Made by a program: the position numbers and the translations under genes
Assembly: GCF_000039765.1 (NCBI RefSeq)
Contig: NC_004460.2
Span: 300,001 to 332,000, forward strand
DNA from: Vibrio vulnificus CMCP6
GTDB lineage: Bacteria > Pseudomonadota > Gammaproteobacteria > Enterobacterales > Vibrionaceae
DNA length: 32,000 nt
Reading direction: 5' to 3'
Part shown: piece by piece, positions 26,143 to 32,000 of the stretch
Layout: each line of letters begins with the position of its first letter
Position numbering within the stretch: position 1 is the first letter of the stretch
Notes under the pieces: model-generated
What the model was told of the DNA's origin: nothing
What the model saw: only the letters and a program-made list of their open reading frames with translations
The model's database searches: none

Positions 26143-26684
26143 CGAGGAGCCAGGTTGGATATGCCCTGACATAAGAAATGTACCCAAAATCGCTTCGCTG
26201 AGTAAAACGTTAATAATAAGCTTTAGACGTAACTCAAGATAAACTGCTAATTATTACCTATTCAATTCAACCCAGCACGACTCAACTCACACCAGCTCAT
26301 TTGATCAACTTTGATCAATTCTCACTCTTTCTCAATACCGAATTTTTTCATTAATCATTTTAGACATTCGTTAAATTTTCAAAGTTTATACACTCTAATC
26401 TTGAATTATAAAGGAACCACATAAGAGTAAGTACTTACAGCGTAACTTAGTGCACTTCTCAACATTTTATGCTGCACCAATTACTGCTCACAAACTCACC
26501 CTGTAATTTAATTACACAACAGACGTTACACTGTGTCAGAACAGCAAAACGGACCAACATAAACTGTTGATATATAAGAAAAGAAATCACCACCCCCTAT
26601 CCAGCATCAAATCACACCACCCACCTAAAGATTCAGGTAAAGGTAATTGGTAAAAGTTTTACCTGATTTTTAATGTCAAAAAAA

Positions 26685-26708
26685 AGCAGAACCAAAAGGT
26701 TCTGCTTC
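26685..26708 (-). terminator. Terminator downstream of the yoaH-traF-like-vxr operon
   Basis: AAGCAGAACC-AAAA-GGTTCTGCTT; T-run on the minus strand. Confidence 0.75.
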
Positions 26709-26740
26709 GTTTCATTGGTTGATTTAGAGAAAGTAGATAC

Positions 26741-26896
26741 TTACTTTGAACTTTGAGCTTTGTGCTCTGCCCTAATCTTTTCCGCGATGATTTTTATCGC
26801 TTGGGCAGTACTCATGCCTTCAGCCATTAGCTTCTGGATTTCTTCGACTGCTCTTTGTTGTTCTTGATGAGATAGCGGTGGGAGATCGTCAAACAT
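26741..26896 (-). CDS. yoaH: YoaH/UPF0181 family protein (absent from track)
   Basis: 51 aa [51 protein letters not shown]. Confidence 0.85.
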   Translation of the reverse strand: MFDDLPPLSHQEQQRAVEEIQKLMAEGMSTAQAIKIIAEKIRAEHKAQSSK

Positions 26897-26940
26897 AAAA
26901 AATCGGCTCCTTTGTTTAGGAGCCGACTATAACGAGATGC

Positions 26941-28062
26941 TTAATAGGTGGCAAGAAAATTGATGGATGCCCCCATCGCGTTTTCATTCGTATATCTGGC
27001 GGAGATATCCACTTCAAATAAATTGAGAGGTGAAAGACCAATACCGGCTGTAATTGTATCGTCTACATCGCGTGCCATGTTTTTCATGTAACCACCACGA
27101 ATCTGCAGTTGTCTTAAGACATCAATTTCAAAACCCGCTCTCAACATTTGGCTATTGTCATCAAATGATGAAAACTTTTTCTCTTCATTAAGATCGTAGT
27201 CAACTGATAAGGTAAAGTAATCAGCAACGATCCCTGCCCCGACAGTATAAAGAGGTCTCATACTGTAGTCGTACGAAGGAATCGCCGTAGCTGGTGTTGT
27301 GCCTGTGAAGTCATAAGCTTTAGTTTGGATATCTCTTCCAATAAGATTTTTTGCTGCAACACCAATTCGAAATGGGCCGTAAAACCATAAAGCACCGGCG
27401 TCTAAATTGAAAATTGTTTCGCCGGTTTCGTTTTCTCTCACATCTCCAAGATCAAAATTGGCAAATGTTGAAGCAAATGAGTGGGTATAAACTCGTTGAA
27501 GTTTTGGTGTCACACCAAAAGCCATATGCTGGTAAAGGAAAGTTTGGTATTTGGCCAGTGAAACGCCGACTTCAGTTACTGATACAGAAACTGCTTGAAC
27601 GTAGCTATTATCAGGATCTGGACCTGCTGCTACTTTAGGCGTGATAAAAGATTCGGTATAGAGCTTTCCATAAATCGTTGCAGATAAGAAACGATTCGGT
27701 ATTCCAATTGCCAGCGCTCCGCCAAGCTCAAGATCTAGTTGATCGCCATCAATCGCAGTTAGGGCGGGCAACGCATCTGGACTGCCAGCTGCAATGAGTT
27801 TTCCTAAATTATCTATTTGATCTACAAGATCATGCGGATCATTATAAGTGATACCAAAGCTAGGAATAAGCATGCCAGCATCATCATTACGTCGGTACAC
27901 AGCAGCAAGAGCTGGGTTAAAAAAGGGCGCTGTGAGATAAGTGGCGGAAACAGTACCTACTCCACCCATAGCGTCGCTTCGTGCTTCGATTGAATAATTA
28001 GCGGCATTTGCTGTGCCACAAAAAAGCATCGTTGCGTATAAATATCGATTGTTTAATTTCAT
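26941..28062 (-). CDS. Conjugal-transfer TraF-like outer membrane beta-barrel protein (probable vxrD equivalent)
   Basis: 373 aa; signal peptide, NYSIEARSDAMGGVGTVSATYLTAPFFNPALAA. Confidence 0.7.
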   Translation of the reverse strand: MKLNNRYLYATMLFCGTANAANYSIEARSDAMGGVGTVSATYLTAPFFNPALAAVYRRNDDAGMLIPSFGITYNDPHDLVDQIDNLGKLIAAGSPDALPALTAIDGDQLDLELGGALAIGIPNRFLSATIYGKLYTESFITPKVAAGPDPDNSYVQAVSVSVTEVGVSLAKYQTFLYQHMAFGVTPKLQRVYTHSFASTFANFDLGDVRENETGETIFNLDAGALWFYGPFRIGVAAKNLIGRDIQTKAYDFTGTTPATAIPSYDYSMRPLYTVGAGIVADYFTLSVDYDLNEEKKFSSFDDNSQMLRAGFEIDVLRQLQIRGGYMKNMARDVDDTITAGIGLSPLNLFEVDISARYTNENAMGASINFLATY

Positions 28063-28125
28063 CCTAAGACAACCCTTAGATTCCTTTTCTAGTAATATCG
28101 GCAGGATTAAAGATTTTTCAAGTTT

Positions 28126-29007
28126 TTATTCTTGTGTAATGTCGTATGTACGGCTAATGGTTTGTGATTGCTCAACGAGGATTTCACCTTGCCAACGTTT
28201 TGTGTTCATACTAACCGCGAGTACATAACGCTCGTTTGGAATCCCCTCTAATTCGAGACTATTCGGATAGTCAGATTCATAGGTTTTATTCCAAACTCGT
28301 TGATACTGACCATCAACATAGTCATACAAACCAACATTCATTTCGGGCAGTGGACAGTATGGGTTGTTTAAAGCAACTTTTTCTACGGTCCAATTTTCTT
28401 TTGATGACCATCTTACATATTGTGGGGCAATTGGTTCTCCCAATATCACCCAACCACTCCACACTTCTTGCCCTGCTGGTTGAACCACTAATTGGTAAAG
28501 GCCTGAGTCCAGCTTACCAGTGAGGTTATAGCGCTTCTGATATTGTTTTTCGTCGCCGCCATTAGTGACGCCGTCACCACTTATTTCAGTAAAAACACTA
28601 TCTGATGAGACACTTCGATCGACCCACTTTCTCACCGCGAGGCTTTTTACTTCGACATTGGCTCGGATATCTATCACTAAACGATAGGTGTCTCTTCCTG
28701 GGCTTTGAATGGTTTGCCTGATAACTTTCACTCCAGTCAACCAATTCGGCAGCGTTTTCTTAGTGAGCGATTTGCCACAATCCCTATTCAAAGATTGGAT
28801 TAACAAACTGTTTAAATGCTCTTTCAACGTATCTGTTGGTGATGATTGCCATACTTCGACTAACGACTCGAACATGCCGGGCAAATTATCTTCCAACAGA
28901 TGTTGGTGTGCTTGCGTAAGAGGGGTGTTTTGTTCAAACCAGTCTACAGCGTAGACTGGTTGAGTAAGTGAAATGGCAAAGAATGGAACTAAAAGTGACT
29001 TACGCAT
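28126..29007 (-). CDS. vxrC: DUF2861-family exported protein (probable vxrC equivalent)
   Basis: 293 aa, signal peptide, WFEQNTPLTQAHQHLLEDNLPGMFESLVEVWQ; adjacent to vxrB. Confidence 0.7.
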   Translation of the reverse strand: MRKSLLVPFFAISLTQPVYAVDWFEQNTPLTQAHQHLLEDNLPGMFESLVEVWQSSPTDTLKEHLNSLLIQSLNRDCGKSLTKKTLPNWLTGVKVIRQTIQSPGRDTYRLVIDIRANVEVKSLAVRKWVDRSVSSDSVFTEISGDGVTNGGDEKQYQKRYNLTGKLDSGLYQLVVQPAGQEVWSGWVILGEPIAPQYVRWSSKENWTVEKVALNNPYCPLPEMNVGLYDYVDGQYQRVWNKTYESDYPNSLELEGIPNERYVLAVSMNTKRWQGEILVEQSQTISRTYDITQE

Positions 29008-29669
29008 TAACCTTTCATCTTATAGCCAACACCGCGAAGTGTTTCGATCTCTAAGCCCGCAAGCTTCTGTCGCAACTGCAATACATGTGTGTCTACGGTT
29101 CGAGTAGTTGGGAAGTGGTTGTAACCCCAAACATGATCTAACAGCTCATCACGAGTAAAAACTCGACCTAGATTGCTCGCCAAAAATAATAGGAGATCAA
29201 ATTCTGTTCTTGTCAGTGTAATTTGCTCACCTTTAAAAAAGACTTCACGAGTCGATTTATCTATGACTAGGTTTTCTGTCTCTACTTTGTCGCTACTCCC
29301 TTGCTCGCTGGATTCAGGAGAACGAAGCTGGGCACGAATTCGCGCAAATAGTTCTGCTTCTGCAAACGGTTTGGTCAAATAATCGTTAGCACCGGAATCC
29401 AAGCCTGCGACTTTATCTTTGACAGTAACCAGTGCCGTAAGCAAAATCACTGGCACGTTTTTAGTTTTCTTCCAGCCAGGTAAATGCGAAATAGAATCGC
29501 CATCTGGTAATTGTCTATCAAGGATCACCAGATCAGCCTGAGGCCAAAGCGATTCAACTTCAGAAATGCGCTCAGCGTGCAAACACTCGTAACCGGCCTG
29601 CTCTAAACTTACTAATAGACCGTCTGCTAGGTTTTTATCATCTTCAACGAGAAGCAACGTCTGTTTCAC
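29007..29669 (-). CDS. vxrB: OmpR-family response regulator (track start 29705; GTG at 29669 has RBS GGAGATACCTT)
   Basis: KQTLLLVEDDKNLADGLLVSLEQAGYECLHAE...LLTALVTVKDKVAGLDSGANDYLTKPFAEAELFARIRAQ; C-terminal wHTH. Confidence 0.85.
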   Translation of the reverse strand: MKQTLLLVEDDKNLADGLLVSLEQAGYECLHAERISEVESLWPQADLVILDRQLPDGDSISHLPGWKKTKNVPVILLTALVTVKDKVAGLDSGANDYLTKPFAEAELFARIRAQLRSPESSEQGSSDKVETENLVIDKSTREVFFKGEQITLTRTEFDLLLFLASNLGRVFTRDELLDHVWGYNHFPTTRTVDTHVLQLRQKLAGLEIETLRGVGYKMKG

Positions 29670-31128
29670 AAGGTATCTCCAAAATAAACGTAGTTGGTGG
29701 ACCAACGAGCTTCATTTTACCGCCCATTCGCCCGACCATAGATTCAACAATTGTTAAGCCAAGTCCCAAACCGCTTTTGCTGACAAATGGCTTGCGTAAA
29801 TGTGACCAGTCCCTGCTGGTGAGTTTGCCATTATCGGTGACTCGGATTGTTAATTTACTGTCACCTGTTTGTACATCCAGTGTCACGGGGGCAACGCCGT
29901 ATTTCACTGCGTTTCTAATCAAGTTATCAACGCAGGTTCCTAACCAATAGACATTAATTTTTGCTGATACATCTTGGTTAATTTTAAACTCAACACCTTC
30001 TGGAAACTCGTCTTCAATTTTAAAAAGCAACCACTCTTCTACAGAAGGAATCCAATCGGTCGCAAGCTGCTGGTTATCCGACTGGAGGTAATCCTTACTC
30101 GCTTCGGCTAGTTGTCTTAGTCGGCGAGTATCTTCACATAAACGTCGAAACTCATCATAAACTGTTTCCGGTAAGTGCTCAAACTCTCGACGAAAGCCCT
30201 CTACCGTTAGTGATAAACTGGCAATCGGAGTGCGAAGTTCATGTGTAAGAATCTGAAGTACCAACATACGACTTCTCAGCTCTTGGCGCTTGCTATTCCA
30301 ACGGTACACTGCCCATCCGGCCACCAGCATGATATTGGCAATAACCAATACGATCATAGAGAAACGTAAGATTTGCGAATGGTCTTCTACATCCCAGCAA
30401 ATATTTCCTCGCTGAACAAAACAACTTGCGTTATCCGCGCGAACACTTAAGGACAATCCCGCAGTTTCAACGTTGGTAGACCAAACACTCTTGTCGAATA
30501 CGTGGTAATAGTCCCCTCGCCTTAGCCAAAGATCATCTTTATCCAAAAACATGATCGAACCAGCAATCAAAGCATTGATGGTTTCATCATCCATTGCTCT
30601 CAGACTGCTTAATAGTTCGTTACCTTCCTCATCCATTCGTTCCTTGATGTGCATGAATTTTTTTAGATTTTCATGCTCTTCTGGAAACTTTTGAATGTAG
30701 CGAGCGGCGTAAGTCCCGCCACCCGGATGAATCAATGCGGAACGAGAAAACCAGCGAGTATTAAGCTTCACCCCTTTACAAACTGAACGAGTGAAAACTA
30801 ATGGCTCCGTGATCAATGGGCTGAGTGGTAGCTTGCCATTGCAGGTTTTGGACAGTTGATACAGTTGTTGTATGTCTTTCAGTGGGTAATTCGCCGTTTG
30901 TGGCAGCATTGAGTCAGGCGAAAGAAGTTTAGTAGGGAATGACGACTGTAAATCGCGGATGTCGTATGTTTTGCTTGCGGAATCATAATCAAATAACTCT
31001 GTGAAAAAATCAATGCGCTCCGGCAACGAGTCTGCCAGAGCACTGGGTACTAGGTTCACAGAAAGCAGCAATGATAAGCAGAGTTTTTTAATCAAAACAT
31101 TGTACGACGTCGTTATTATTGCCCCCAA
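29644..31128 (-). CDS. vxrA: Sensor histidine kinase
   Basis: 494 aa; LQILTHELRTPIASLSLTVEGF, NLIRNAVKYG, GLGLGLTIVESMVGRMGG. Confidence 0.85.
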   Translation of the reverse strand: MGAIITTSYNVLIKKLCLSLLLSVNLVPSALADSLPERIDFFTELFDYDSASKTYDIRDLQSSFPTKLLSPDSMLPQTANYPLKDIQQLYQLSKTCNGKLPLSPLITEPLVFTRSVCKGVKLNTRWFSRSALIHPGGGTYAARYIQKFPEEHENLKKFMHIKERMDEEGNELLSSLRAMDDETINALIAGSIMFLDKDDLWLRRGDYYHVFDKSVWSTNVETAGLSLSVRADNASCFVQRGNICWDVEDHSQILRFSMIVLVIANIMLVAGWAVYRWNSKRQELRSRMLVLQILTHELRTPIASLSLTVEGFRREFEHLPETVYDEFRRLCEDTRRLRQLAEASKDYLQSDNQQLATDWIPSVEEWLLFKIEDEFPEGVEFKINQDVSAKINVYWLGTCVDNLIRNAVKYGVAPVTLDVQTGDSKLTIRVTDNGKLTSRDWSHLRKPFVSKSGLGLGLTIVESMVGRMGGKMKLVGPPTTFILEIPCETDVASR

Positions 31129-31201
31129 TATACAACATATTCATGAAAGTTTACATTTGTGGGATTCGGTATTTGATTGGATCGATTAGAAAAACAACAA
31201 A

Positions 31202-31225
31202 AAGGCCAGCTTTTCAGCTGGCCTT
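31202..31225 (-). terminator. Terminator after pntB
   Basis: AAGGCCAGCT-TTTC-AGCTGGCCTT, T-rich on minus strand. Confidence 0.8.
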
Positions 31226-31240
31226 CGTCTTTTAGGTAAA

Positions 31241-32000
31241 TTATAACGCTTTTGAAATCGCATCCACGCTATCTTTGGCATCACCAAAGAGCATTGATGT
31301 GTTCTCTTTAAAGAACAATGGGTTCTGAACTCCAGCGTAGCCAGTATTCATTGAACGTTTGAAAACAATAACGTTTTTTGCATGCCAAACTTCCAATACT
31401 GGCATGCCGGCGATTGGGCTGTTTGGATCTTCTAGCGCAGCTGGGTTAACGGTGTCATTCGCACCAATAACCAACACGGTATCCGTGTCTGAGAAGTCGT
31501 CATTGATCTCATCCATTTCCAGAACGATGTCATAAGGCACTTTTGCTTCAGCGAGCAGCACGTTCATGTGACCTGGTAGACGACCCGCTACTGGGTGAAT
31601 ACCGAAACGAACATTCACACCTTGCGCACGCAGTTTTTCTGTGATCTCGTGAACTGGGTATTGAGCTTGTGCTACTGCCATGCCATATCCAGGAGTGATG
31701 ATGACTGACTTGGAGTTTTTCAGCATATCCGCTACATCTTCTGCATTGATTTCACGATGCTCACCATACTCTTCATCACCGGAAATCACGACTTCCTGGC
31801 CAAAGCCACCGGCGATAACGCTGATAAACGAGCGGTTCATCGCTTTACACATGATGTACGAAAGAATTGCACCTGAAGAACCAACGAGAGCACCAGTCAC
31901 GATCAACAGATCGTTTGCTAGCATGAAACCTGCCGCGGCAGCTGCCCAACCAGAGTAAGAGTTCAGCATAGAGACCACAACTGGCATATCCGCACCACCG
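31241..32000 (-). CDS. pntB: NAD(P) transhydrogenase subunit beta, C-terminal part (runs off window)
   Basis: [108 protein letters not shown]. Confidence 0.95.
   Translation of the reverse strand, partial: GGADMPVVVSMLNSYSGWAAAAAGFMLANDLLIVTGALVGSSGAILSYIMCKAMNRSFISVIAGGFGQEVVISGDEEYGEHREINAEDVADMLKNSKSVIITPGYGMAVAQAQYPVHEITEKLRAQGVNVRFGIHPVAGRLPGHMNVLLAEAKVPYDIVLEMDEINDDFSDTDTVLVIGANDTVNPAALEDPNSPIAGMPVLEVWHAKNVIVFKRSMNTGYAGVQNPLFFKENTSMLFGDAKDSVDAISKAL

Noticed and set aside
25646-26160. Continuation of the prophage past the right dif-like site
   Set aside because: Sequence changes to transposase fossil and non-coding DNA; the HTH gene ends 6 bp before attR and the half-site exchange puts the boundary at the central hexamer.
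1-32000. CRISPR arrays, tRNA or rRNA genes
   Set aside because: No regularly spaced repeats, cloverleaf-like tRNA sequence or rRNA segments were noticed by eye; a tRNAscan/CRISPR search would confirm.

Overview
Vibrio-type chromosomal window, most likely the terminus (dif) region of chromosome II. The left flank has pxpC-pxpB-pxpA, a YfiR-like protein with a PAS/HAMP/(S)GDEF protein, a frameshifted TonB-dependent heme-type receptor with an upstream Fur-box-like palindrome, a LysR regulator, a Pat-like protein acetyltransferase, a SPOR lipoprotein, Ddl, a DUF3319-like protein and a YciH/SUI1 protein. The right flank has YoaH, a TraF-like outer-membrane protein, a DUF2861-like protein, the VxrB/VxrA two-component pair and pntB. 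Between these flanks lies a compact ~11.7 kb prophage (about 13.96-25.63 kb) with no tail genes and no recombinase gene. It encodes an HUH rolling-circle replication protein, an A32/FtsK-HerA-like packaging ATPase next to a putative double-jelly-roll (PM2 P2-like) major capsid protein, many small transmembrane structural proteins, a virion-type muramidase, a repeat-containing putative spike and a holin-like protein. This is a corticovirus-like (PM2-like) tailless prophage. It is bounded by two 28-bp XerCD/dif-like sites whose half-sites look exchanged: the canonical host XerD arm is only on the outer left and the canonical host XerC arm only on the outer right. This supports integration by hijacking host XerCD at dif. 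Several small ORFs missing from the supplied track were found by reading the sequence. All family assignments are from recalled motifs and neighborhood, not database searches.
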